Assembly (NCBI GenBank): GCA_000002445.1
Contig: CP000066.1
Coordinates: 1,056,001-1,120,000 of the forward strand
Length of the DNA stretch: 64,000 nt
Origin: Trypanosoma brucei
Taxonomy: Eukaryota
Direction of reading: 5' to 3'
Positions 40,301-53,223 of the stretch are shown here, piece after piece (positions within the stretch are counted from its first letter, which is position 1; each line of letters starts with the position of its first letter). A program made the position numbers and the translations under genes. Below the pieces are notes generated by a model, which was given only the letters and a program-made list of their open reading frames with translations, was not told the DNA's origin and did no database searches.

Positions 40301-41681
40301 TTCTCTTCTCTTTTCTTTTTTTTTTTCTTTCCTTTAAAAAAAAAAAATCATTTGTTTTGTTTTCTTCTTTACATATCAGCGAAGGAATTACAATAAATTA
40401 AACAGCAGCAGCGACATTTCCGTCCAGAGTTAAAAACAAAAAACAAAAACAAAACAACAACAAAGAAGGAAACTGAAGGAAGGAAGTGATCGAATTAAAG
40501 AAAGAAAAGGCAAAGGCAAAAACAAAACAAATAAAATAGTGCGAAAAGAAAGGGAAGGAAAGTGGAAAGGCAGAGAGAAAGAAAAAAAAAAGAACAAAAA
40601 AAAAAGGGAAAGAAGAGAGAGAGAGAGAGAAGAAAATAAATAAATAAAAGCGAAAGGGGAAAAGGGAATTCATTTACTTGTATTTGTACTTGTGTATTTA
40701 TAAGTAAATACAAAAGAAGAAAAAGGACCAAAAAAAAAAAAGATACAACAACAGCAGCACCCCCCCCCACACACACAAAAAAAAAAGAAGCGGAATAACA
40801 CGGACACACACAAAAGTGAAAGTGAGCGTGTCACGTGAGAAGCAACAAAAAAAAAAAGAAGAGCAAAAGGAGGGTCGGATAAGTCCTTGGGTGATTTTTT
40901 TTTTTTTTTTAAAGGAGAAAAAAGGTGCGGAAAAAAAAAAAGAAAATTAAAACAAAGGGTACGAGGCGCACTTTACCGGGCCACATTGCTTTTTTTTTTT
41001 TTCAATACCATATTTTGGTTGGTTGGTTGTTGTTGTTTTGTCTTGTGTTTCTTTTGCTCTTAAAGGGTGAGTGTAGTTGACACAACTGCAAACACAAGAA
41101 GGGAGAAGAAATAACATATACGCATTTAATAAAGGGAGACAAATACAGCAACCACCACAAAATAGCTGAAAAGGTTGCAAAGGAAGAGAGAGAGAGAGAG
41201 AAAAAAAAAACACCAACACCAACAACAACAACAACAACAAACGATCTGAGAAGTGACTGAAATCACTCGCAGCGGTTTTTGAGCGTGAGTGAACTTCACA
41301 ATACAGGCGAGAGGCAGCCGCACAGCCTCCTTTCACCCTTCACTCACGAGGGTTCCGTGAGGCAGTTAAGGAGCGTGACGAATTAATAAAAAAAAGAAAC
41401 AAGAAAAAAAAAAGAAGAGGAGGAGAAACAGCAACATCAGGTGATATAGCTGTGGGACTGTGAAGAGGAGGTTTCACACACAAGAGGGAGTGTGGTACCA
41501 AAACTATACATACAGATAAAAGCAAGTGCGCATAACCTTCAAGGGAATACGAGAGGGCGTTGTTTGTGTATTTGTTTGCGTTTTTGCGTGTGAGTTTGCG
41601 TGTGTGTGTGTCTGAGAGAGAATAGTAAAAAACAACAACAACAACAACAGCAACAAACAAACCCCAACTGCAGGGTGAGTC
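37378..41681. repeat. 4.3 kb ORF-free AT-rich low-complexity/microsatellite span (probable long 3' UTR/intergenic region)
   Basis: Homopolymer A/T runs, (TA)n, (AAAT)n 39144-39172, (TTA)n 38845-38872, (GA)n 40612-40632, (AAC)n 41220-41250; only short F/L/K-rich ORFs translating low complexity. Confidence 0.7.
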
Positions 41682-43463
41682 ATGGAAGTTCCTTTTGAAG
41701 AAGGGACGCAGTTGGTTCATGCAATTGAGCGGTCCCAGCAACGGATTTTGGATGCCTCAGCGGTGAGTGACGTGGAGACGGTACCACCGCCGACAACTAC
41801 TGCAAATGCAAATGCAACTGCTGCTGTTGCTGTTGCTCTTAAGGGTTTAGCCACCACATCTGCGCATGTGCCGCTGCCACTCTTTGGTTTGGATGATGAG
41901 GGTCGAAGTGGCAAAACGCCATTGAATAATGAAAGCGGTCCGGGAACGAGCAGTAGTGGAAGCCATAGCAGCAGCAGCAATGTTCCTGTTGCGAGTTTGC
42001 GAGCCGGTACCGCTGGTACTCCTACCGTCACCCCGGCTGCGGACTCCCGTGCGGAATCTCAAAGTAGGACAAATCTCTTTGTGAGCAATATTCCCCATTT
42101 GTTAGGGAAAAATGAGTTGGTAGATTTATTTTCGCCATATGGAGAAATTCTTTCTGCGGCTGTAATGCGAAATATTCATACGGGTGACAGTCTCGGAACG
42201 GCTTTTGTGCGTTTCGCCACAACAGAACAGGCACAGGCGGCGATGGAGGCTCTAACGGGTTATGTGCTGGAGGGCCGCTCGATGGTTGTTCAATGGGCGA
42301 AGAGGCAACACGACGACACTCCCGTAGGCGAGGCCCGAAAGAAAATTGTGAAGTTATTCGTACGTAACATTCCTTTGGATGTCAGTGACGCCGATCTAAC
42401 TGAAGTGTTCAGCGCGTTTGGTCCAGTGAAGGGCGTGTCAATACATAAAGACACCACGCCAAACGCCGGTCGCCACTTGGAACGTCGCATCGCCTTCATT
42501 ACGTTCCACACCGACGGAGTCGCTGAGAGGGCAGCTGAGGCCATCCACAACACTCGTCCCTTTCACAGTTGTGGAAAAATTCCCCTTATGGTGAAGCTTG
42601 CGGAGGATAACCCCAGACATGGACGCAGTCACAACGCACAAAGTGGCCGCAGCGCTTGGGGACGGAATGGCAACACAAATCAAAACAACGATGGCAGCGT
42701 CAGTCGCAGTAGTCCAAGTGGCAGCGTTAGAAGTAACAAGTCATTAGGGATATCGGGCCATGGTTCCGCGAGAGGGGATATTCGTGGACTCGGTATTGAC
42801 ACACCAGGTGGCCTTCCGGGACTTTTTTCGCTCGGAACCGATGCTTGCGGTTTCCCGGGAGGCGCTTTTGCCGTCTTTCCGACTATGATCCCACAGGGCG
42901 GTGTTTTTGTGCCTCAACCCGTTCTAAACGTTGGCGTAGGCGTAAATGGTCAGGCAATGGCACTGAGGACTCCAATGTTTTGGCATCAGGCCGGCTCCAC
43001 CATTCCGGTTGGTGTTATGGGCCAAAGTCAATCCGCAAATATGGGAGCCACAGGCGGCAATTGTTCACATCAGGGGTTTGCATCCGTTTCTGAGGGTTCA
43101 TCATCCGAGCAGCAGCGTGTGGACATCTTTTCGTCCTTTGCACAACCGCCGCCATTCCCCACAGATCCGTTAGCGGGTCTTGTAGATTCCACGGGGTTTT
43201 CGTTTACGGCTCCTCCTCCTCCTCCTCCTGCTCCTGCTCCTCTTTCTTCTTCTGCAGTGGAGGTCGGCCCGGTTGTAAAAGATGATGTGGAGCCAACGAT
43301 GTGTCCGCATCCGAGCAGTAGTGATGTGTATGACGCCGATTCATCATTATCGCTTGATTTTCTGGAGAATTTGGGCGCGGCGGAGTTGTGCCACGTGACG
43401 ACTCCGTCTGGTGATGAGGACCACCGCCTGCATGCCCCCGGCTCATTTGTGCCGTTTTTGTAA
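41682..43463 (+). CDS. RNA-binding protein with two RRM domains and Gly/Gln/Ser-rich disordered C-terminal tail (family copy 2)
   Basis: ATG 41682; RRM1 'NLFVSNIPHLLGKNELVDLFSPYGEILSAAVMRNIHTGDSLGTAFVRFATTEQAQAAM', RRM2 'KLFVRNIPLDVSDADLTEVFSAFGPVKGVSIHKD...RRIAFITFHTDGVAERAAEAI'; nucleotide blocks identical to copy 1 (42129-42232 = 36415-36518). Confidence 0.75.
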   Translation: MEVPFEEGTQLVHAIERSQQRILDASAVSDVETVPPPTTTANANATAAVAVALKGLATTSAHVPLPLFGLDDEGRSGKTPLNNESGPGTSSSGSHSSSSNVPVASLRAGTAGTPTVTPAADSRAESQSRTNLFVSNIPHLLGKNELVDLFSPYGEILSAAVMRNIHTGDSLGTAFVRFATTEQAQAAMEALTGYVLEGRSMVVQWAKRQHDDTPVGEARKKIVKLFVRNIPLDVSDADLTEVFSAFGPVKGVSIHKDTTPNAGRHLERRIAFITFHTDGVAERAAEAIHNTRPFHSCGKIPLMVKLAEDNPRHGRSHNAQSGRSAWGRNGNTNQNNDGSVSRSSPSGSVRSNKSLGISGHGSARGDIRGLGIDTPGGLPGLFSLGTDACGFPGGAFAVFPTMIPQGGVFVPQPVLNVGVGVNGQAMALRTPMFWHQAGSTIPVGVMGQSQSANMGATGGNCSHQGFASVSEGSSSEQQRVDIFSSFAQPPPFPTDPLAGLVDSTGFSFTAPPPPPPAPAPLSSSAVEVGPVVKDDVEPTMCPHPSSSDVYDADSSLSLDFLENLGAAELCHVTTPSGDEDHRLHAPGSFVPFL

Positions 43464-44361
43464 CACACAGATGACTATAAAAGAATACGAAGGGTGTGTA
43501 TGTGTGTGGGTTACGAGTTTGTGTACCCTTCGTTCCATTTCGTTTCGCTCCGTTCCGTTTCTTCTCGTTTTCGTTTTCGTTTTTGTTTCGTTTTCGTTTT
43601 CGTTTTTGTTTTGTTTGTTTTTTTAATTTGGGGGACGGGGGATGGGAGGGGTTCCCACTTTTCGGAAACTTGTCTGCGTTCGTGCTTCTGTGTGCCTTTA
43701 GAAGAGGATCAAAAGGAGGAGGAGAGGAGTAGGAAGAAAGGGGGCAAATGATTTTTTTTTTTAAAAAAGAAAATAATAACAAGAGGGAAATGGCAGAGTG
43801 TACGGAGGGGAGTTATTGTACCCTTACTCACCTGTAAAAAAAAAAAAGAAATAGAAGAGTAAATAATAAAATGAAAAACAAAACAAAAAAAAACAACAAC
43901 AAAAGGAAAGGAAAGGAAAGGAAATGGATTCGGTGATTAGAACATAGTGAGCACAAATGGTTGGAGAAGAAAGTTCATAAAAAGAAGGTTTGCAAATGTG
44001 CGCGTTGTAGTGAATTTGGTGTACGTGTGTACGGCGGGGTGGGTTAGGGGTGGCAGGGAAGGAACAAGGAATGTTGTATATTTTTGTAATGAAAAATATA
44101 GTGAAACAAGAGGAATGTCACGCGTTTTTATTGTTATGTGCGCTTTATTATCACTGCTATTGTTATTGTTATCATTATTATTATTATTATTATTACTGTT
44201 ATTGTTATTGTTTTGTTGCTTACCAGAGAGATTTAATGAAGGATTCAGGTACGTGATTGATTGTGTGAAGAATATTGATGATGGATACGGATATGAATAT
44301 ATGAATATATGAATAATATTGTGATAATGATATACAGGACTGAAGTGTGTATGTGTGGAGA

Positions 44362-44392
<31 letters not shown>

Positions 44393-47300
44393 AGACAAGA
44401 GTTATGGGCGCAGGATGCGGGGAGATGTGCGCATTTAATGTGACCAATGAAAAAAAAGGAAAATGAAAATGAAAATATAATAATAATAAGAATAATGTTT
44501 TTCCCCCTTTTTTTAAAAAAGAAATGGAGTGTGAAATGAAAAGAATTAGAGCAGACACGGAAGAGAGTGAGGTAATGAAGCAGAGGAGGGAGATGAGTAG
44601 GAATAATAGAAAGGAATGCCGAAGCTGTGGGAAAGAGAGAGGCGAAAGAAACGAAGCGGAAAATAAAAAGAGGGATGTAACATATCCTTATGTAAATTAA
44701 TGGCTACTTCATTACCCTCAACTCTTTCTTCGATCCCTTTCCTCTCTTAACTCGTCACTTTATATTGTATTATTATTATTATTGATTATATTGTATTATC
44801 TTGTTTAATCTCTTGTGTCCCCCGTTCCGTTTTACCTTCCCACGACATTCAAATAAATTTTTCAATCGTTGACTTCTCGTTCCACCTTCTTTTCCTTCAT
44901 TTCATTTCATTTCACTTCATTTTCCTTTCCTTTCCTTTCCTGTTCTCTTTTTCTTTGCTCTTTTTTTCTTGTCTTTCTCTGTTCATTTCTTTTTCTTTTT
45001 ATCACTTGTTCCCCCCCGCGCGCGCTATTTACCTCCGTTTCCTCTCTTATTTTTGTTGTGTATGTTCGGGCTCTCTTTTTTTTTTCTTTTTTTTTTCTCG
45101 TTGTTTCTGTTCGATATTATTTGTTTTTGTTCTGTCGTGTTTTGTTCGGTGTTCTTTTTTTTTTTTTTTAAGTTTTAGTTTTTTGTTGTTGCGTGTGTTT
45201 TACCTTTTCCCCCATCATCTTGTTTTTTTCCCTGTCATTGTCTCTTGGGATCCGTTTTTGTTTCTGTTTCTCTATTGTTACTTTCCCGTTCATAGTGTAC
45301 GCTTTTCTTTCTTTTTCTTTAATGATAATAATAATAATTATTATTATTGTTTTTATTATATTAAATCAAACGATTCTTTTTCCCTCTTTCGTTTTTTTTT
45401 CAAACAAATTCCCAATACGGCAAAAATCCGGAAGAATGAAAGTAAAGGAATTAAAAAACAAAACAAAAAAAAACAAAAAAAAGCAAAGACGGGAGGAGGA
45501 ACGAGAACAAGAATAGACTTTTTTAAAACAAATGAATTGAACTGAAATGAATTCATATATATTCTCATTTTAAAGGAGGAAAACAACAAGGGAAAGAGGA
45601 AAAAAGAAAACTAATATTTATGATATGAAGGGAAATATTTCTCCCGTTTTGTTCGTTTTTCTCATGGGTGCATTCGAGCAAAATAAATGAGACAACTCAA
45701 GACGAAATAAAGTGAAAAAGAGAAGGAAAAAAAAAAAAGAAAAAGAACAACAAAGAAATGAGGGAATGAAGAAAATATCTCTCGGTCTTCCATTAGTTCA
45801 CTCACCACCTCCACTCATATAAAAAATATATATATATAAATAATTAATTAAATATATCAATATAAATTTATACATTTATTATTTTATTATTACTACTAAT
45901 ATTATTACAGTTATTATCATCATCATCATCATCACTATCATCATCATTATTGTTATTATTGTTCTTTTTTTTTCTTTATTGTTTATTGTTTTTAAAATTA
46001 TTATTATTATTATTATTATTGTTATTGTTGTTCATCGTAGTTGTGATGGCGGCAACAAATAATGAGTGGAGGTTGCATGGCCAAACTAAAAGGAAGAGGG
46101 AAACGAGGGGAAACGAGGAAAAGGAAAAAAAAAGAAAAAAGAAAAGAGTGAAATTAAATGAATTAAATGAAATGTATAATATATAATGTATAATCCACCA
46201 ATATTTTGTTTTTTTTGTTTTTGTTTTTGTTTTTTTGCCTTTGGTTTACTTGTGAAAGAAAGGAAAGAAAGACCAAACAAAATGAATTGAAGTAAATGGC
46301 AAAAAAAAAGAAAAAAAAGTAACAAAAGCAAAAGACAAAGGGGGAAAAAACAACAACAACAAAAAGGTGTGAGATTATACAAAATTGTATGTTCCTTTAA
46401 GAATTTGTGTTTGTTTGTGGTTTGTTTATTATTATTATTATTATTATAATTTTCATCGTGACTCATTACCGTTGAAAGTAGTCGTCCATTTTGACAAAGC
46501 GGAGAGGCGAAGGGGGAGTGGTGGTGGTGGTGGTGAAGTGGAGAAGTGGAGAAGTGGAGAGGGGGGGGGGAAAAAACAAAAGAAAAGAAGAAATTTTGTA
46601 TGAGAGAAAATCAAATTTAAAAACAAAAACAAAACAAAAAAAAACAAACAAAATGTATAAATATAAATAAAAGAAAAAGAAAAGAAAAAAAATGACATAT
46701 TGGGGAATTACACCACGTCAAGTGTACGAAAAAAGTGAAATTGAATTGAATTGAATGAGATAAGATGAGATGAGATGAAACGCAAAATGTACACACGTAA
46801 AAAAAGGGGGGGGAGGAAAAAGAAAAGAAAAGAAAATAATAATTCCTTTTTTTTAAAAAAAAAGGAGGAACTGAAGAAATATCGCCATGGGAGGAGAGAC
46901 GGTGACCGCTAAAGTGACCGATATGACACAAATAACAATTAAATAAAATGAGCGAATGAGCGCTTTCGTTTAGCAAAAAAAAAAAAAATAATAATAATGA
47001 TAATAATAATTAAAAGTGACGGGCTTTCGTTATTATTTCCAAGTGGCAGAAAAAAAAAAAGAAAAATAAAGGAAAGTGAAGAATATGTTGTGTGCGTGTG
47101 TTTTCTTTTTCTTTTTTTCTTTTTTTTTTTTCTCTCCTTCTCACAAATTAAAAGAAAAACAAAATAGTAATAAAAGAGAGAGAGAGTGAGTGAGTGAAGA
47201 AAGGAAGAAAGGAAGGAAAAAGAGGTAACAGAAAAAATGAAAAGGAAAAGAATAAAGGAGAATATACCTTTATGCAGAAATAAATAAATAAATAAATAAA

Positions 47301-47870
47301 TGTACACATTCATATACGTTATGGTCACATAAATTTAGAGAAGGATATGAAGAAGGAGGAGGAGGTAAAAAAAGAAAAAAAAATAAAGGAATGCAAAAAA
47401 AATAAAATATATAAATAAATATATATATATATACACAGTTCGAATGAAGATTAACAAGTGAAAAGTTGATGGGATTATGGAATTCCAAAAATAAATAAAA
47501 AAAAAGAGGAAAAATAAAATGGGGGGGAGGGAAGAGAGACCGGGTTACGCAATAATAATAATAATAATAATATTTTTTCCCTCCCTCTTTTCTATTTTCT
47601 TCTTCTTCTTTTTTCTTTTTTTCTTTTTGTGCCTCACACGTGTGTATTTATTTATATATGTGTTTATATTCCGTCTCATATCTTTTTCCCACCATCACTG
47701 CTATGGTTTTGATAGCGGAATTCAGCAGAAGATACAACACCAACACGTTGCATTTACACGGGCACATTTTTTTTTTTTTGCTTCTTCATATATTTTTACT
47801 CACGCGGTTTTTTTGTTGGTATATTTGGTAAAATGCCCCGGTGTTTTTATTGTTTTTTCTTGTTATTGCC

Positions 47871-47906
<36 letters not shown>

Positions 47907-48089
47907 GTGTTCGCTGCTTTTCCCTCCCAAACCGTAACGCCGTGTGTCATGTAAACAAGTGATTTTTGTTGTTTCCTTTTTTTCTTTTTCTTTTCCTTTT
48001 TTATTTTATTTTAATTTGATTAATTCTTCCTTTCTTTCCTATCAAAAACAAAACAAAACAGAAAATAAATAAAAACACATATACACATA

Positions 48090-48102
<13 letters not shown>

Positions 48103-48146
<44 letters not shown>
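48103..48146. repeat. (CA)n dinucleotide microsatellite, about 22 units
   Basis: acacacacac... read directly. Confidence 0.9.
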
Positions 48147-48148
<2 letters not shown>

Positions 48149-48404
48149 GAATAAATAATAATAATAATAAAACAACCGTTCATTTGCCACCGTTAGCATA
48201 TTTTACTAACAACAGCATCATTTCAATAATATTAATATCAATAATAATAATAATAATAACGGTAGTAATGGTAACTATTATATTATCAATATTATTATTA
48301 CGTTATTATTGTTATGTTTATTTATTTATTTTGAATTGTTTTTGATATTATTATTATTATTGATATTATTGTTGTTGTTGTTCTTATGTTAATGAGATAT
48401 GAGG

Positions 48405-48408
<4 letters not shown>

Positions 48409-48455
<47 letters not shown>
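48409..48455. repeat. (TA)n dinucleotide microsatellite, about 23 units
   Basis: tatatata... read directly. Confidence 0.9.
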
Positions 48456-48458
<3 letters not shown>

Positions 48459-51400
48459 TACATTTATTATTATTATTATTATTATTTTAAAGAGCGTGGC
48501 ACCGAAGTGCTGAATAAAAGTGAAAATGAAAATGAAACGAAATTTTATGTTATGTTATGTTGTGTTGTGTTGTGTTATGTTTTTATTTTATTTTTGAATG
48601 GAGATGGGAAAGAAACACATAAGGCACTGAAAATGGAATGCATCGTTCATCGTTTTTTTTTTGTTTTCTAGAAACAACCCCGGAGAAACCCGAAGGGGAA
48701 ATACAAAAAAAAAAGGAAAGGGAATATAATATGTATATTTTTATATTTATAGCAATGGGATGATGAAAGGTGGAGGGAAGAATATGCGAGGATACGTATG
48801 GAGTTTTATGTTGTATTAATAATTTCAGCAAAAAAAAAAAGGAGGAGGAGGAAAGGAAGAACAGGAAAATAAAAAGGAAAAATAAAAAAAAAAGATAAAA
48901 TAAAAGCAAAAAAAAAAACTTGAAATATGTGTGGACGTGATAACATAATCACGCCTTTCCCCTGTTCTTTGCTTTTAATTTTTATTTTTGTTAGCGTTGT
49001 TTTTCTTGTCATTTGCTACGAAAGACCTGAGATAAATGCGTATCTGTTTTGTTGTTTTTTTTTCTTTTGTTAATAATCTCTTTATTATGTTATATTATAT
49101 TATATATTGTACTCAAATTAAATTAAATTAAATTTTTGTACTGTATTGTCTTGTCTTTTCTTGTCGTAACGCTGCCAGTAGTCGCAGCAGCAGTTTTGGT
49201 CTCGAGGGAAGAGATGGATTGAAATGAATTTTAGAAAAAAAAAACAATAGGAAATAATAATAATAATAATTATTATTATTATTATTGTTGTTATTGTTAT
49301 TGTTATTGGTAAAACCGAAATAATTGTAAAGCAACGAGGAGGGGATGGTAATGAAAGTGGTGAAAAGGTACGAGTGGTGCATGGAACTCTTTTCTTTCTT
49401 TTTTTTAGAAAAAAAAGAAAGAAAAGAGAATGACATGAAGAATTTTTATGCCCGTTATACTTTAGATGTAAAGGAATAACAACAGAAACAAAAACAAACG
49501 ATAATAATAATATTAATAACAACAATATCATCATCATCAAGGAAGTCGCTTAACAAAAAAAAAAAGAAAATGTACACAAAGGTGCAAAAATGCACAAACT
49601 TATAAATATATAAATATAAATATAAATATGTATGAATACATGTTTGTATTTTGTATTTTGTATATATTTATATATACGTAAATTTCTTTAAGTGTTACGA
49701 TTGCTATGTTGAAGTGAAGCGATTCATTTGACGGAGCGGTACCCGGTAATCGCACGAATTTTATTTATGCCATTTCCTTACCGGACTGTCCTCTTTTTTT
49801 TTTTTTCTTTCACTTCCTCTTCATATTGTTCCTTTTCTGATTTATTGTTTTTGTTTTATTTACTTATTTTTATTTCCTCCCCTCTTAGGCATATTTCCCC
49901 CACCTTCCTTCCCTCCGTGGTTTCATTTGCTATCGGCAGTACCGATCTGTGTTCTTTTTTTTTTTAAAATAAAAGAAAAAGGAAAACAAAAAAAAACTTT
50001 TGGCTTTGATATTTCCCCCGATTATTATTGTTATTATTGTTATTATTGTTATTATTATTATTGTTATTGTTATTATTGTTTTTGTTATCGTTTGTTTTCA
50101 TTGCTGTGTTTTCATCGTGTAACCGCATCTTTTTTTTTTGTTATTTGTTTTTCTTTCCTTTTGTGTACGCTTATATTTGTACAAATATATTTGCATATGT
50201 ATCTGCGTGAATGCGTGGTTTGTGTTTTGTTTTTGTTTTATTTTATTTTCCTGCTTCTCACTTGCACGTCAGTTTCAACATCAACAACATCAACATCAAC
50301 ATCAACAACAAAAAGAAAAAGAAAAAAGAAAAAGAAAAAGAAAAAGAAAGCAGCTCTGCCCACATTCCCTCACCCGTTTCCTGTTTTTTTCACTTACACT
50401 TTTTGTTTTTGTTTTTGTTTCCATTTTGCTCTGCTCGACTCTTTTTTGTTTTTTTTTTGTTTTCAAGTTTGTTTCCACCGCGTGACTTTCTTTTTCCATC
50501 CCAGTGTGTTATGATTAGGATTATGACAGCTATAGTTACTACAATTATAATTATAATTACAATTGCAATTTATTGTTATTATGATTGTGGTTGTTGTTAT
50601 TTGCCCCCTTTTCATTGTTCGTCTGTGTCATTCTTCCACGCCCCTCTGCCTTTTTTTCTTTTCCTTTTTTTCTTTTCTTTTCTTTTTTTTCTTTTCCCAT
50701 TTTGTTTGTTCGTTTGTTGTTTTGAATTTATTCATTCATTCATTCGTTTTCTCTTTGCCTTTTATTTTTACTTTTAATTGAATGAAAGGCTTTTCACTTA
50801 TGTGTGTTGCCACCTGCGGGAATTTTTTTCACACACCTCATCTCTTTTTTTTTTCTCTCTCTCTCTCTCTTTCTCTTTCTCTTTCTCTTCTTTTTCTTCT
50901 TTTGCCACTTTTCCCTTCTTTCTTCAGCTGAGTCAAACAATCCGTAATATATATAAATAAATATATAAAAATATAAATATATATATATATATCTTTTCCC
51001 TGTTGTTTTTTTTTCTTCTTCTTTTACTGATATTACTCACATATGTATTCTTTTACTTGAGCCCTCATTCCATTTATCTTTTTTCCTTCTTATTCTTCTT
51101 TGTTCTTTTTCTTTTTTTCATATTTCACTTTATTCGAATAACTTTTGCTCGTGTAAATGATAAAAATAAAATAGAAAGAACAAAGAAGAAGAAAGGGAGA
51201 CAGCCATACAAAGAGGTGGGAAATAGGAAAAGGTAGAAGAAAATAATAAAAAAAAAAGAGAGAGTGAGAGTAAGAGTGAGAAATAGTGCGCGTGTTTGTG
51301 TGAAAGTTGTTCGCATTAGTGTTTTTGACGACACGTGAGCGGACGGTGCTTTTTTTGTTTGTTTGTTTGTTTTGTTTTGTTTTCAGTACTTAACCAACGG

Positions 51401-51570
51401 AAAGAGAAAAGGGAGAGAGAGAGAGAAAAAAAAAGAAAGAAAAAAATATATAAATATACACATAAATATATAAATAGTAGCAAAGGTTGAAAAGAAAACA
51501 ATAGCACCGTATCGAAGTCAAAAGGAAGTGAGTGAGTGAGTGAGTGCGTAAGAGGAAGGAGGAGAATAAA

Positions 51571-53223
51571 ATGCCTCCAAAACGCTCAAAAGGTGTAACA
51601 TTTAAACTCGTCCACCAGCCATATGATGACGCGGAGAACACCGGAGGGCGTAAAGCCATAATGGTGGAAGAGCGAATAGTGCGTCAGCATTTACCGGCAT
51701 CGGGTTCAGGACGCGGACGCCGTCAGCGGGATGATGATGACAGCTTTTGTGATGATGGAGGAGCCTCTATGTCAACTGTAAGTCGTTGGGCACAAGAATG
51801 GGATGAGACATCGGCACCAACTGAACGTAACGCAGGAATGTTAGAAGGTGAAGAGGATTACTTAAATAGGCACAACTTTCTTTTGGCACAGGACCCTGAT
51901 GATGATGATGATAATAATAATAATAATAAAAATAAAAATGATGAATGTGCTGATGATGGCGGCTATGAGGATATTAGTGATAATGACGGTGGTGCATGTG
52001 AAGGAGTTACTAAGAAGTCTAGAAGTGAAGCCGCTGACGGTGAGGAGGAAAGTAGTGACGATAAATTGTTTGATGACCAGGAGGAAGGTGAAGTAACGGA
52101 TGAGTTTCTGAGACAGTTGGTTTTTGGCGGAGAAGACGATGATTTGGATGTTGACAGGCGCCGATGTGGTGATGATGATGATGATGATGATGACGGCAAT
52201 GATGACGGAAGTACAAACCGTGACAACGTCCCGGCAAGTTTTGTGCCACATGACACGACACGGCGTGCGATTGACCGCCAGTTCACACAACTGATGCGTG
52301 AGTTCACCGTTGATGAGAGGTTAAATGACGCTTATACCGATGACCCGCGGACGCAAGGTGCGCTAGACGCTGACCAGTACCTCCGCGCTATGGAAGAGTT
52401 TGTCGTTGAGCGTGCCGGTATTGATTATAGAACTGCTGAGCCAATGCGAAATAAGGGCCTTATTCACCAGCTAAAGAGCATGGCATACGGCGTTCCAACC
52501 GACATGACGGCTTCGGGTGATGTAATCACAACGACAATTTTGCCTGACAAAAAAATACGTTTCGCAACGGAATTTAAACGGGAGACAGAGGAGATCCGGA
52601 GAGCCGCTCGGGAGCGTATATTGCGCCGTCAGGCTGAGGCTCAGAAGAACGCTGCGGACGGTGAAGTGAAAATAGGTCATGATAGCATGGGCGCTAGTGA
52701 AGAAATGGATGATGATTGTAATCACGATGATGGCACATTTCAGGTGAGGAATGCTGCAAAAGCGAATAACTCATCAGAATGTGGCAGCGAGTCGCAGGAG
52801 GAGGAGGAGGAGGGGGAAACATATGTTGTGCGGAGGATCGTAGATAAGTCCAACCGCCTTGATTGCGAGACAGTTTTATCAACTTACTCCACGTACTTCA
52901 ATCAACCTAACGTCATACGGGCCCCAGACGCGGGAAAGAAGCGGAAGGGTAAAAAAGTTACTCAACCGCACCGTGACAATAATGAGGGTGATGACATGTC
53001 GCAGGAGGTGCCGGACTTGAGCACGTCGGTGTTGTCCTTAGCGAAAGGAAAGAATGAATCGAAGGAGGAGAAAAAGATGCGAAAGCAGTTGGTAAAGGAT
53101 CTGAAGCGCGAACGCCGTGGGAAGAAGAAGGAACTTCGACAAGTGTACAAGACAATGGAGGCTGAAGAAGCCCGCCGTGTGAAGGAGTCGCAAACGGCGA
53201 GGAAGACATTGTCCTTCTTGTAA
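51571..53223 (+). CDS. LTV1: Ribosome biogenesis factor LTV1 (low-temperature viability protein) homologue
   Basis: Start re-called at ATG 51571; the ORF-track start 51544 is GTG. N-terminus 'MPPKRSKGVTFKLVHQPYDDAEN' matches LTV1 'M.KKKFIDKK.SVTFHLVHRSQ.DPL'; highly acidic D/E/N runs; C-terminal basic KR-rich tail. Confidence 0.8.
   Translation: MPPKRSKGVTFKLVHQPYDDAENTGGRKAIMVEERIVRQHLPASGSGRGRRQRDDDDSFCDDGGASMSTVSRWAQEWDETSAPTERNAGMLEGEEDYLNRHNFLLAQDPDDDDDNNNNNKNKNDECADDGGYEDISDNDGGACEGVTKKSRSEAADGEEESSDDKLFDDQEEGEVTDEFLRQLVFGGEDDDLDVDRRRCGDDDDDDDDGNDDGSTNRDNVPASFVPHDTTRRAIDRQFTQLMREFTVDERLNDAYTDDPRTQGALDADQYLRAMEEFVVERAGIDYRTAEPMRNKGLIHQLKSMAYGVPTDMTASGDVITTTILPDKKIRFATEFKRETEEIRRAARERILRRQAEAQKNAADGEVKIGHDSMGASEEMDDDCNHDDGTFQVRNAAKANNSSECGSESQEEEEEGETYVVRRIVDKSNRLDCETVLSTYSTYFNQPNVIRAPDAGKKRKGKKVTQPHRDNNEGDDMSQEVPDLSTSVLSLAKGKNESKEEKKMRKQLVKDLKRERRGKKKELRQVYKTMEAEEARRVKESQTARKTLSFL

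Larger units (their letters stand above)
43464..51570. repeat. 8.1 kb ORF-free AT-rich low-complexity/microsatellite span
   Basis: Continuous simple sequence: (CA)22 48103-48146, (TA)23 48409-48455, (ATC)n 45905-45940, (GA)n 44370-44395, (TC)n 50855-50880, (CAACAT)n 50275-50310, (AAAAAG)n 50310-50346, (TTATTG)n 50018-50092; all ORFs are low-complexity translations. Confidence 0.7.

Noticed and set aside
44955-45545. ORFs of 100-200 aa inside the low-complexity spans (e.g. 44955..45545, 49927..50514, 50211..50777, 37390..37749, 46939..47328)
   Set aside because: Their proteins are runs of F/L/S/K/N/C from poly-T, poly-A and microsatellite DNA, which is a classic low-complexity translation artefact.
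37378-51570. Possibility that the long AT-rich spans are centromeric repeats or a retroelement
   Set aside because: There is no long-unit tandem periodicity and no RT/endonuclease-like ORFs. There is no strand switch either, and genes stay in the same orientation on both sides, which is more consistent with spacer or UTR sequence.
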